Shown here piece by piece: positions 1-9,297 of a DNA stretch of 64,000 nucleotides. The notes under the pieces are model-generated. The model saw only the letters and a program-made list of their open reading frames with translations, made no database searches and had not been told where the DNA came from. Source of the DNA: Patescibacteria group bacterium (GTDB taxonomy: Bacteria > Omnitrophota > Gorgyraeia > Gygaellales > Profunditerraquicolaceae); NCBI GenBank assembly GCA_035506195.1, contig DATJPV010000028.1:8711-72710 (forward strand), in the 5' to 3' direction. The position numbers and the translations under genes were made by a program. The number at the start of each line of letters is the position of its first letter. The stretch's first letter is position 1.

Positions 1-1
1 T

Positions 2-874
2 ACAGTCTTCTTTTTGTTGCCTGAACCGACACATAAAGAGGTCGGCCATACACAAAAAAACGGGCTCCCGGCAGGGGTATATATGTGCACGCTGTTAGGC
101 GGCCTACTGATGGTTGTTTCTTATGCGGCACCGATCAACCTGGCAATGTTCATTGAAAGCGAAAGCAGGATGTATACAAACCAAACCCCTCTCCTGGCGA
201 CGCAGGAAGAGTTACGGCGATTCTTAACTGAAGGTATCGTATCAGCATCAATCCAAGACTCTTTTTTGAAAAGTGGGATCCAGCTTTCGGGTAAAGCAGT
301 CTTGACGATCGAAGGCACAAGCAAGCAATGGACAATCCTCGACGGGGATAAGAAGTATAGCGCAAGAAAAGAAAACGGCAGGGAAGGCTTGGTTATTTAT
401 ACCGAAAGGCAGGACCGGCCGCGCATTGCCGGCTACTGCCTGTCTCTTATGCTGCTGGCCGGCGTCTTCTCTGGGTTTGCTTTGACTATATCAAGGCGTC
501 GGTTTGGGGCCCTTACCCCGGCAACGGGCATTGGTTCAATGGCTGCCGGCTATGCATTGCTAGGGGGCACCTCGTCTCTGTCCGGAGTCTTGATCGCCAT
601 GGTCTGCCTCGGATTCGGATCGGGCATTCTACTACCGCTTCTTTTGTTACGGGCCACCGAGATGGTCACGGGACACTCGCGCGCCCTTGCTATGGCCGTG
701 TTAAACGCAGGGGTATACTTCGGCCAATTCCTTTCTCCGGTTATTCTGAAATGGCTGGGGTTATGCCAAGCTGCGGGAGGCATATATCGTCAGCAATTTA
801 TCGGACTTGCGCTTGCATTGGGGATTGCCGCGCTCCTGGGAATTCCGAGGCGCCCTTGCTGCGCAACATCGTAA
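2..874 (+). CDS. MFS-like transporter, C-terminal part (5' end outside window), with a soluble insertion
   Basis: Frame open from the window edge. About six hydrophobic helices with MFS-like motifs (GFGSGILLPLL; ALAMAVLNAGVYFGQFLSP). A polar stretch of about 85 aa is inserted between two helices. Confidence 0.6.
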   Translation, partial: TVFFLLPEPTHKEVGHTQKNGLPAGVYMCTLLGGLLMVVSYAAPINLAMFIESESRMYTNQTPLLATQEELRRFLTEGIVSASIQDSFLKSGIQLSGKAVLTIEGTSKQWTILDGDKKYSARKENGREGLVIYTERQDRPRIAGYCLSLMLLAGVFSGFALTISRRRFGALTPATGIGSMAAGYALLGGTSSLSGVLIAMVCLGFGSGILLPLLLLRATEMVTGHSRALAMAVLNAGVYFGQFLSPVILKWLGLCQAAGGIYRQQFIGLALALGIAALLGIPRRPCCATS

Positions 875-886
875 TCGCCGCAAACG

Positions 887-2539
887 CTATTCTGCCTTCT
901 CCACTCTTACCAAATACTCGTTTCCCATTTCCTTGACAGGCGTGAGCCGAAAATCGCTGCCCGTAAGACGCTTCATGTCTTTAAGGGATCCCGCCTTGAG
1001 AATGCAGAACGTCCGGGATTGCCGAGACAGAAATTCCCTGACTTTGGCATCAGAGTTAAGAAAAGGAACGGGGTGCGGGCTAAAAAAGGGCGTGCCCGGA
1101 ATGTCGATCACGGCAACGTTTTTATCCGTATAATACCGCACCCCCCGAGTAAACATTTTGGAAACGATTATCGTATTATCCACTGCGCAATGACCCAGCA
1201 GATACTCTGCCATGCCCTTTGAAGAAACGTACGGGTCGATATCCTTGCTGAGGAAGGGGATCACGCACAGCGACAGAGGCAAAAGCGAGGTAAGTACGTA
1301 TGCGCCTTTTAAGAAATAGCGCCGCGCAGTAAAAAGAGCGAACGCAATGGATACAACCAGCCATAATCCCGCTAAGACATAAACCGGCAGCAGCGACGAA
1401 AGGTACCGCGAGGCCCTGGAGGAAGCCACCAGGAGCGCTATCGCTAACAACACACAGAAGGCAAACGTCATCCATGAAGCCAGAAAAAACAGACGGGCCC
1501 TGTTCTTAGGCGCCTTGATGTCGCCGATGAAATTCCCCGTGGTCAAGGCAAGGGCGGGAAAAAGGGGGAAAATATAGCTGGCTAATTTAGAATGCGCAAC
1601 CTGAAAAACGGAGAAGGTAACGACGATCCAGGAAGCCAAGAAAAGGTCCAACGGTTCCTTGTTCTTTACCGCCCTGTAGAACAGGATCGCTAACGCAGCC
1701 AAGGTAAACAAACTCCAGGGGAAAACCCCTAGGATCATGGTAAGGGGATAAAAATACCAGGAGTCGTTAAAGGAGTGTTCCGCTTCAAAGAGACGCCGGA
1801 TGTGACAGTTGACAAAAAACTCATGAACAAAACCATTACCGTAGTGCGTTACCATGAAAATGTACCAGGGGAAGGTAATCAAAACGAAAAGCATAGTCCC
1901 CCATAAGAACCTCTTGCAAAATATACGGTTCAATTCTTTCCTGACAGCCAGAAAGATACCCACCACACACAGTGGTATGATAAGTCCCAGGGGGCCCTTG
2001 GTAAGCACGGCGGCGCCGGCAAAGACAAAAAATAGGAAAACTCCCAGGTTCTGCCTACTGTTGCGCACGTACCCGGCCCAAAAGGAAAGGAGCGCTAAAA
2101 GTATCCAGACAGAGAAAATCATATCCGTAAAAACGGTACGGGCTAAACCGATATAAAAGCCACCCGATGCCAAGATAAGACTTGAGAGGAGGGCTTTTCT
2201 GCGGTCTCCAAAACCAAAAAGAGCAAAACAATATGTCCCCACCACCCCAATAGCCGCAAACACTGCCGGGAAAAACCGCGCGCCGAAACTAGAAACACCG
2301 AATAAAACAAAGGCGATGCGTAAAAGCCAATAAAGAAAAATGGGCTTTTCAAACTGCGGCGCGTCAAATAGATACGGAGTCATCCAGCTGCAATGCCGCA
2401 CCATCTCCTTCGCCGTCTGAACGTAAAACACTTCATCGGGGCTGGTAAGGCTGATAATACCGTTACCCCACACGAAAAAGAAATACGCCACAATGACAAG
2501 AAAAACCATATGCACGATGTGCTTATTGGTAAGTGACAT
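887..2539 (-). CDS. ArnT/PMT-like GT-C glycosyltransferase (lipid-linked aminosugar transferase family)
   Basis: Motifs PDEVFY..TAKEM, FEKPIFLYW, GARF, LTKGPLG and SKLASYIFPLFP; many TM helices. Confidence 0.85.
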   Translation of the reverse strand: MSLTNKHIVHMVFLVIVAYFFFVWGNGIISLTSPDEVFYVQTAKEMVRHCSWMTPYLFDAPQFEKPIFLYWLLRIAFVLFGVSSFGARFFPAVFAAIGVVGTYCFALFGFGDRRKALLSSLILASGGFYIGLARTVFTDMIFSVWILLALLSFWAGYVRNSRQNLGVFLFFVFAGAAVLTKGPLGLIIPLCVVGIFLAVRKELNRIFCKRFLWGTMLFVLITFPWYIFMVTHYGNGFVHEFFVNCHIRRLFEAEHSFNDSWYFYPLTMILGVFPWSLFTLAALAILFYRAVKNKEPLDLFLASWIVVTFSVFQVAHSKLASYIFPLFPALALTTGNFIGDIKAPKNRARLFFLASWMTFAFCVLLAIALLVASSRASRYLSSLLPVYVLAGLWLVVSIAFALFTARRYFLKGAYVLTSLLPLSLCVIPFLSKDIDPYVSSKGMAEYLLGHCAVDNTIIVSKMFTRGVRYYTDKNVAVIDIPGTPFFSPHPVPFLNSDAKVREFLSRQSRTFCILKAGSLKDMKRLTGSDFRLTPVKEMGNEYLVRVEKAE

Positions 2540-3275
2540 TGCCGCTCCTGGCTAATAGTTCACTAACGGTTACGCACCGATATCCGCGTTTTCTTAATTG
2601 TTCGACGAGCCTGAAAATAGTTTTGACGGTTTCTTGACGGTTGCCGCCCTCAACCGTGAAAACGCCCCCGCTGTCATGGAATAGGATAATATCACCCGGC
2701 CGGACATGATGCACGAGGAACCTGAGAATATACTTCTCGTCAAAGGTCACCCAATCTTTCGAATTCAACGACCACAATATTACTCTATATCCCATTGCGT
2801 TAATTTGTTTTTTTTCTGCGCTGGTAAGCCAGGCCTTGGGGGGCCTAAAATAACGCGTGGTCTTGCCGGTGATAGACTTGATGATGTTTTCGGCGACCTT
2901 TACCTCCCTTTCGAGTTCATACGGCTTATAATATAAAAGCACATGATGGTCATAGGAATGATTCTCGATTTCATGCCCTTCCGCGGCAACCCGCCTGGCT
3001 ATCTCGGGATATTGCTGCACATGTTCTCCGAGCATGAAAAAGGTGGCCTTCGCGTCCGAGCGCTTCAATTCATCCAGGATAGCGGGGGTCCATACCGGCG
3101 AGGGGCCGTCATCAAAGGTAAGCGCCACTAGTTTATCCGGCACGTTAACCCGATACACCGTACCTCTACGTACCAGCACTGCCTGATCAAAAAAGACGGT
3201 AAACGCTACAAAGGCAAGGCAGCATGTTACAAAGGAGCACATAAAAATGACGGCGAGTTTCTTTTTGTTCCCCAT
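2523..3275 (-). CDS. Polysaccharide deacetylase (CE4/NodB), membrane-anchored
   Basis: ALTFDDGP, ENHSYDH, FRPP, DW and ILFHD motifs; N-terminal TM helix. Confidence 0.9.
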   Translation of the reverse strand: MGNKKKLAVIFMCSFVTCCLAFVAFTVFFDQAVLVRRGTVYRVNVPDKLVALTFDDGPSPVWTPAILDELKRSDAKATFFMLGEHVQQYPEIARRVAAEGHEIENHSYDHHVLLYYKPYELEREVKVAENIIKSITGKTTRYFRPPKAWLTSAEKKQINAMGYRVILWSLNSKDWVTFDEKYILRFLVHHVRPGDIILFHDSGGVFTVEGGNRQETVKTIFRLVEQLRKRGYRCVTVSELLARSGNVTYQ

Positions 3276-3288
3276 CTAGGGTGTCCTT

Positions 3289-4116
3289 TTAGCGCAAGGC
3301 TCCATAGGAAACCTTTTCGGCCAGGCGATATCCTGCGTACTTGTCCATCATATACCCTACTTCCCGTACGGCGTTATGATCGCGCCTCGCTCCAACCGGA
3401 CGCACATGCCTGACCGGCAAACAGTCGATAATGCCCATATTGGCATATCCGCACACAGAGCGGGCAAAGAGATCATAACCCCATCCCCAATAATTTTTTT
3501 CTGCCTCCATCTTATTCCAAAAACGCACCCAAGCCTCTGACGTAAAGACCGGCACCATAATTTCCACAAAATCAACATAACGCCCAACTTTATACGTTTT
3601 ATTCTGAAGCGTAATATCCCAGGTGAAATAAGAATCGGCTGTCAGCGCAGGCTGCGCAAGCTCTATGTTGTTTGTCTGCATTATGTTAACAAATTCGCTG
3701 GGCCTGAAATCAACAACATCGATATCGTCGCACCACAGGAAGAGATAGTCATAGTTGCTGCATACGGAAGGAGTAATGTATTTTTTCAGAAAGTAGAAAT
3801 GCAGTCCCTTTTCGCGTATAACAACGCACTTCCGGAAGATGTCTTCGTCAAATGAGGTATCGTCATACGCAAAAATTATATACTCAAACTGTTCGCACCC
3901 GAAGCGCCCAATAATTTTTTTAAGCCAAGGCTTGCCGTCCTCCCCTACCGGCGACGCATAGAGATAGCGGCCCCGCGGCTGTCGTTGGCGACCAGGAGCG
4001 GCCCTGTTATACAGACTGGTTTCTTTTTTCATCCTGCGGACATGCAGGAATTTTCTCCATCGTTTAAAAAGCTTAGGCCGCCGAAAAAAATCTATGGCGC
4101 TTCCGATTGCGGTCAT
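3289..4116 (-). CDS. DUF707-like putative glycosyltransferase
   Basis: YDYLFLWCDDID, LAQPAL, FVEIMVPVF and GWGYD motifs recall DUF707. Start moved to ATG 4116, which has a GGAGA Shine-Dalgarno and no long overlap. Confidence 0.7.
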   Translation of the reverse strand: MTAIGSAIDFFRRPKLFKRWRKFLHVRRMKKETSLYNRAAPGRQRQPRGRYLYASPVGEDGKPWLKKIIGRFGCEQFEYIIFAYDDTSFDEDIFRKCVVIREKGLHFYFLKKYITPSVCSNYDYLFLWCDDIDVVDFRPSEFVNIMQTNNIELAQPALTADSYFTWDITLQNKTYKVGRYVDFVEIMVPVFTSEAWVRFWNKMEAEKNYWGWGYDLFARSVCGYANMGIIDCLPVRHVRPVGARRDHNAVREVGYMMDKYAGYRLAEKVSYGALR

Positions 4117-4120
4117 GCTA

Positions 4121-4837
4121 CTATGTCTCCAAACATTTTTGCAGATACGCCGGTAAAAGCTCCACCTTTTTGGCGATCTGCGCATTAAGCAGAATTGCTA
4201 TACGGGTATTATCGCTTGCGGAAAAAATAGTATAGCGCTTCAAACAAAAGGTATCTTTCAAATGCTCTGCAATCATCTCTTCAACAGGACGATGGACGTC
4301 ATCAACTACGATCATCTTTACGTCCTTAAGAAGGGGGGGGATTAACGAAAAGAATGCCTTTGAATCGCGCCTATCCTTGCCTATAGCTGCCGGGCCATCG
4401 TAAAAAAGGAACTCGATATTCGTAATCCCTTGCAAGTTCTTTCTGATGAGCCTGTCATCATACCAATCCCCCCTCAAGGGGACGCGCCGCACAAACCCCC
4501 AGGGGAGAAAAAGAAAAGACAGGGCAATATTAAACTTGAAATAATAGTACAGGTGCTGTTCAAACGAAATGAATGTCCCGCCGAACTTGTGTACATACTC
4601 AGCGATATAGTGTGTGCTTCTCCCCGAACCAAATTCAACGATGGTCTTTGGTTTGACTATATACAATAACTGCTGAAGAATAAGCCAGAACTCATAGCAT
4701 TTTGTCGGCCACGTTTTTAAGCCGATGGCATGTCGTTTTTTTAATTTCCACCCGTCGAAGGCGTATTTGATCTGCCTTGCATACCATCGAGCCGTATAGG
4801 GCTTGTGTGGATTGCGAGGATCTGAAGAGCGAAACAT
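4121..4837 (-). CDS. Class I SAM-fold transferase (Methyltransf_24-like)
   Basis: KPKTIVEFGSGRST motif I, FLFYDGP, IVVDDVHR. Confidence 0.7.
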   Translation of the reverse strand: MFRSSDPRNPHKPYTARWYARQIKYAFDGWKLKKRHAIGLKTWPTKCYEFWLILQQLLYIVKPKTIVEFGSGRSTHYIAEYVHKFGGTFISFEQHLYYYFKFNIALSFLFLPWGFVRRVPLRGDWYDDRLIRKNLQGITNIEFLFYDGPAAIGKDRRDSKAFFSLIPPLLKDVKMIVVDDVHRPVEEMIAEHLKDTFCLKRYTIFSASDNTRIAILLNAQIAKKVELLPAYLQKCLET

Positions 4838-5574
4838 TATTTTTTAACTCCTATGATGCCCGCGAAATTATACCAAGTAAAAAATGTATCGACTGTCTCA
4901 AACCCGCTGCGGCGCAATAACATAAGGTTCTCATCGAGTCGATAAGGAATTAAAACATTCTCCAGGGCTTCTCTTTTACGCGCAATCTCAAGCTTTGAGT
5001 AACCCCGTCGTTCTTTAAAAGCATGGTACAAATCAATAAATAACCTATTAGTCAAAGAATCTTTCCCGAGGATCTTGTCTACGATAATAAGCGCCCCGCC
5101 CTTTTGCAGGCTCTGGTAGATATTTTGAATCAGCGCGTCTCTTTGCAGAGGCCGTACAAACTGTAAGGTCAAGACAAGCAGGACAACGGATGCCTTTTCC
5201 ATGCGGAAAGGGCAATTAAGGTCTGCCTCGCGCAGGGAAACATTCTTCCACAACTTCTGTTCTCTCATTCTCTGCTTTGCCGCAGCCAGCATATGGGGAG
5301 AGCTGTCAACTCCAACCATCTTTACCTTGTTGTTGCGTAACGCCCTGACGATATTGCACATCGTAGTCCCTGTCGAACATCCCAAGTCATAAACCGACGT
5401 ATTCGCGGCTGCAAAGGACTTGGCTAGTTCTACTATCATGCGCTGGACCTCTTCGTAAAAAGGAACACTGCGTTCCAGCATTTCATCAAAAACTGAAGTT
5501 ACCTTTTCGTCAAAGACAAAGTCACCCACCTTTTTTTTCGTCGCAAAAAGCATGTCTTTATATTTCTTCGGCAT
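4837..5574 (-). CDS. cmoA: Carboxy-S-adenosyl-L-methionine synthase CmoA homologue
   Basis: FVFDEKV..VFDEMLERSVPFY, YDLGCSTG, LTLQF and EIARKREALENV (Cx-SAM-specific Arg). Start ATG 5574 with AAGGAG SD. Confidence 0.85.
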   Translation of the reverse strand: MPKKYKDMLFATKKKVGDFVFDEKVTSVFDEMLERSVPFYEEVQRMIVELAKSFAAANTSVYDLGCSTGTTMCNIVRALRNNKVKMVGVDSSPHMLAAAKQRMREQKLWKNVSLREADLNCPFRMEKASVVLLVLTLQFVRPLQRDALIQNIYQSLQKGGALIIVDKILGKDSLTNRLFIDLYHAFKERRGYSKLEIARKREALENVLIPYRLDENLMLLRRSGFETVDTFFTWYNFAGIIGVKK

Positions 5575-6556
5575 GCACAGGCTCCTTCCTTGGATAATAA
5601 TGATCGGCGTAATCGTCGCATAGGCTGTAGTGTTGCCTAAAGGCATCTAAAAATATCATATGCGTGGGGCACTGGCATGTTTCTGCGGGGCAAGGGCGCG
5701 GCCCTGTCGCTAAACGGAGTCCTCCGGAAAGCAGGTCGTCAATCGAACCAAGCTTTTCCGTAAAGCAGCGCATTACTGTGCCGTCTTTATAGAGATTTAT
5801 CATATCCGACCCGGCATAACATAACGATCCCTTGGTGCGCTTTCCATACTGATATTCGAATTCAAGATCAGAGTAATAGTAGCGTCTTATTATGCCCAGG
5901 GTCCTCTTGGAATAAGCCTCAGGAAATACCGTCTTAATATCCATCAGTCTGCAGAGATTCTTATGGAGCCTCTTAAGCGGCCGCGGAACACGCGGTTGAT
6001 AACGGCCCAACAACAGGATGGGCTTTAAAAGGATGCCTTCGCTCCTAAAACGGCTGACGAACGACCCCAGTTGCCCTGCCCTTTCCGGCGTGACCACCAT
6101 TGTCGCAAACGCGCGCGAGCCGTACCGTTTAAGTTTAAGCATGTGCGTTATAAACTGTTCGATGCCGACAAAATCGGGATGAAAACTACAGTTAAAAACT
6201 GCCTTCGAGGGGTTGATGTGAGCCATATATACATCGGGGTCGAGGGAGTTATTCGTGATGAATTCAAAGCGGCTTACGTTCGGCAGGCCGCAGATGTAAA
6301 AACATATCTTCTGCGCCCAGTTATCGGCGAATATCTCTCCATCGAAATTCGCCTTTACCAACAGCCTGTCCTCAACCGCCCGCAACCTATCCCAAAGATT
6401 GCTGGCCTGGGTAAAATTATCGGCAGTAAAATCAACTTGCCGCACGCCGGCTTGATTACAGTAACGGCAGCGATAATTACAGCGGATGCGTCGTTTATCA
6501 TGTGGCAGAAAATCGCGAAAATTTATCCGCAAAGTCCCTGCCTGGGTTATTCTCAT
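5558..6556 (-). CDS. Radical SAM protein with C-terminal SPASM/twitch-like Cys cluster
   Basis: CNYRCRYC (CxxxCxxC); C-terminal CYAG...DGTVMRC...CPAETCQC. Confidence 0.75.
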   Translation of the reverse strand: MRITQAGTLRINFRDFLPHDKRRIRCNYRCRYCNQAGVRQVDFTADNFTQASNLWDRLRAVEDRLLVKANFDGEIFADNWAQKICFYICGLPNVSRFEFITNNSLDPDVYMAHINPSKAVFNCSFHPDFVGIEQFITHMLKLKRYGSRAFATMVVTPERAGQLGSFVSRFRSEGILLKPILLLGRYQPRVPRPLKRLHKNLCRLMDIKTVFPEAYSKRTLGIIRRYYYSDLEFEYQYGKRTKGSLCYAGSDMINLYKDGTVMRCFTEKLGSIDDLLSGGLRLATGPRPCPAETCQCPTHMIFLDAFRQHYSLCDDYADHYYPRKEPVHAEEI

Positions 6557-7680
6557 AATAAGTGTCTTCTTATCCTATTAAGCTCAGACGCTCGCTGCCT
6601 CGGCGATACGTCGTGATACTTCTCGATGAAGGGCACCAATTTCATGGCGCAGGCAACGGCCTCGTCCATATCTAAATATTCAAAAAGGCCGAGCCGGCCG
6701 GCGGGGCATACGTTCGGTAAAGAGACGACGTAAGAAAGATATTTTTGGAACAATGCCTCGTTTCCTCCCGTGTGTACCGGGTACATCGGCACTTCTCCGT
6801 TACGGACAGCACAGGGCTGCTGGTACTGGATCAAATCGGGGGCCTGGACCTGGCGGTGCAGTATTCTGAAATTAGTTTTTCTTATAAACCTTGGGTGTTG
6901 AGGCAGATTAATGCCTCCGTATCTTTCCTCTTCCCATGTTTCGCCAGGGGCATACATAAACTTGGAGCTGCGATAATTGAGCCGTCCGTACCGGTATCCG
7001 GATATTTCATCGATAGGTGCGGTTGAAACGATGAGATCAAACTCCTTAGCATCCAATCTATTTACGTTTTTTTGAAGGGATATCCCCCGGCTCATCCGTT
7101 CTAGCCACACAGAATATCCCTCGATAGGCAAACCCTGCCATTCGCCTTTAAAAAGCTCTTCGTTATTGCACTCACGTAGCATCAATCTCTTGGGAGCCCA
7201 ATGAGCCGAAAGCTCATCCGGAGGGACACCCCACATTTTACGCGTATAGTTACTGATAAAGTATTTATATAATGTTTTACCGAACACACAGATACAGGCG
7301 GTTTCGAAATTCGATTGATTTATCTTACGGGGCCTTGCCTTCAATTCCTTCATTATTTTAGCGGCATCGGGTAAGAGGGTAATTGCGCGCAGGGTAATCG
7401 GGAAAGGGAGGAGCCGGCCCTTGATAATAACCCCTTTGTAATGCCGGTAGCCATTGAAAGCAGAAAATTTTTCGACAAATGCCTTCACTTCCTCGTCGCA
7501 GGTATGGAAAATTCTTGGGCCGCATGGTTCATATAATAAGCCCCACTCGTTGCGGTCGCTTATGCATAACCCGCCAATCCGCTTGTTCTTTTCGAAAAGA
7601 GAGACCTTGTGTCCCCGGTCAACTAATAGCCGTGCTAAGGAACAGCCGGTAAGTCCTGCGCCGAGAATGCCTATCTTCAT
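6553..7680 (-). CDS. glf: UDP-galactopyranose mutase
   Basis: GAGLTG FAD motif, IGGLC, GPRIFHT, YTRKMWG, QGLP.EGY, MYPV, GRLG.FEYLDMD. Confidence 0.85.
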   Translation of the reverse strand: MKIGILGAGLTGCSLARLLVDRGHKVSLFEKNKRIGGLCISDRNEWGLLYEPCGPRIFHTCDEEVKAFVEKFSAFNGYRHYKGVIIKGRLLPFPITLRAITLLPDAAKIMKELKARPRKINQSNFETACICVFGKTLYKYFISNYTRKMWGVPPDELSAHWAPKRLMLRECNNEELFKGEWQGLPIEGYSVWLERMSRGISLQKNVNRLDAKEFDLIVSTAPIDEISGYRYGRLNYRSSKFMYAPGETWEEERYGGINLPQHPRFIRKTNFRILHRQVQAPDLIQYQQPCAVRNGEVPMYPVHTGGNEALFQKYLSYVVSLPNVCPAGRLGLFEYLDMDEAVACAMKLVPFIEKYHDVSPRQRASELNRIRRHLL

Positions 7681-8286
7681 TTACTCGTCGTCATCCTTCC
7701 ATGGAAGAAAAGGACTGTCCTGGGCTAGGCCGCCTAAGGTAACCGGGGAAGCCAGATATGGCCGCAGACCAAAGCTATCGACTTTGGCGCCAAGCAAATC
7801 GCTGCCCATTTGATTCCAACGCAACGAGCCGGGATCCATCTGTCTGGCTTCCCGATAACAGGCTTCCATAAGTTCACAGCCTGCCGGGGCCTTGATTATT
7901 GCTGCACAAATTTTGGTCCCGCCGTTTACGTTATGTTCAGTCGCAAATACATATTCGTTCCCAAAGTCTAACTGCTTTAAGCACACCACATCTAAATCGC
8001 TCCATATGCCGCCTTTATCCAAAAGAAGTTTATACCTAAAGAGATTCGAAAACCCCGCATAGCTACCTTTGCCGACTTTTCGTTTGTATTTAAAAATCGT
8101 CTCCTTGGGCACCATTTTATTTGCGTCTTTTACCACTACGCCCTCCGGGACATCCCGCATTGTCGCAAAGGCGTAAAGATGAACGGCATGGCCACGGGCG
8201 AGAAATGAGTTAAGAGACAGCCGCTCCATCAGGGATAAACTTTTACCTATCCATAATCCCTGGATTATCTCATTGTTTTTCTTCAT
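7681..8286 (-). CDS. DxD glycosyltransferase (GT32/capsular polysaccharide synthesis-like)
   Basis: IQGLWIG..LSLMERLSLNSF, FSNLFRYKLL..KGGIWSDLDV. ATG start at 8286 preferred. Confidence 0.75.
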   Translation of the reverse strand: MKKNNEIIQGLWIGKSLSLMERLSLNSFLARGHAVHLYAFATMRDVPEGVVVKDANKMVPKETIFKYKRKVGKGSYAGFSNLFRYKLLLDKGGIWSDLDVVCLKQLDFGNEYVFATEHNVNGGTKICAAIIKAPAGCELMEACYREARQMDPGSLRWNQMGSDLLGAKVDSFGLRPYLASPVTLGGLAQDSPFLPWKDDDE

Positions 8287-8361
8287 GGGGTATGGGCAAT
8301 TTTTAATCGCGGCGAGCAAGATGTAAATGCTCTTATCGAAGAATAAGAAAGGCGTCTAAAG

Positions 8362-8433
8362 CTGCCCCGCATGGACTCGAACCATGATAGTCAGATCCAG
8401 AATCTGAAGTCCTACCGGTTAGACGACAGGGCA
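8362..8433 (-). tRNA. tRNA-Gln(CTG)
   Basis: Cloverleaf TGCCCTG/CGGGGCA, anticodon arm TCAGA-TTCTGGA-TCTGA, T-loop TTCGAGT. CCA not encoded. Confidence 0.95.
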
Positions 8434-8501
8434 AAGCGTTTATCTAGAGAGATTACCCGCCCAGGCTATGCCTAAAACAGGACGGGACAGATGCGTGTAT
8501 T

Positions 8502-8530
8502 ATTATAATATCCTCTGGTGCTTCTGACAA
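8502..8530 (-). promoter_or_regulatory. Sigma70-type promoter for tRNA-Gln and possibly the downstream glycan cluster
   Basis: TTGTCA-17 nt-TATAAT on the - strand. Confidence 0.65.
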
Positions 8531-8548
8531 GCAGGTTTTTACCCGTTT

Positions 8549-9289
8549 CTATTGGCTGTCTTTGAGCTTACGAAAAAGATACTCCCGGTAGCCGCCACCC
8601 AGATAATCGGTGGGATAATCGGCCTTCCAGTAGGCATTCACCACTCTTTTCTTTGCCTCTTCCCCCATGCTGGAGATAATGCGGACTGTTTTGTCCTTGC
8701 CAATCTCAAGGCTAAACGTTACCTCGGGCTTGATGACCTGATACCAATCGGCGGGGAGCTGACGGACACCGGTCTTAGCATCAAAGAATGCCGCTTCGCC
8801 TTTCTGAGCAAGTTCAGGATGCGCTTTATAATACGCATTAACCTGTTCGGGGGTAATCGACAATTCCTGCATCCACTGCGGGGCTTGCCCGGCCAGAGAA
8901 TCCGGCTCAACGATATCAACCACGTTAAAATTCACCGGGTCAAGTTCCCACTTAGCCCAGGGGTTTGAGTTACGGGACACGATAACCTGACAAAGCCTTC
9001 CATCGGGAGCGCGCAACGTAACCAGGATATAATCTACGCCTGTAACTTCGCGGGTGTTAAGGTTAACCACGTCTACCACCTGATAGTCTTGTTCATAGAT
9101 CCCCAACTTTTTTGAGAGAAAGAAAATAAGCTCCTCTTCTATATCGGCATCGGACAAATAGATGCCGTCGGTCACCAGCGGCCGATGAGAAAAGCGTCTG
9201 ATCTGGACTTTCTGATATATAGTATACACCCCAAACCAGAGGGCGATAATACACAGCACCTCTGCAAATAATATCCATACGTTTCTCAT
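8549..9289 (-). CDS. Hypothetical membrane-anchored protein
   Basis: 246-aa ORF with a single N-terminal TM helix, tightly packed in the operon. Confidence 0.7.
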   Translation of the reverse strand: MRNVWILFAEVLCIIALWFGVYTIYQKVQIRRFSHRPLVTDGIYLSDADIEEELIFFLSKKLGIYEQDYQVVDVVNLNTREVTGVDYILVTLRAPDGRLCQVIVSRNSNPWAKWELDPVNFNVVDIVEPDSLAGQAPQWMQELSITPEQVNAYYKAHPELAQKGEAAFFDAKTGVRQLPADWYQVIKPEVTFSLEIGKDKTVRIISSMGEEAKKRVVNAYWKADYPTDYLGGGYREYLFRKLKDSQ

Positions 9290-9297
9290 CGTACAGG

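Noticed and set aside
8290-8433. Prophage or integrative element at tRNA-Gln
   Set aside because: No integrase, phage gene or duplicated tRNA 3' end is visible in the window.
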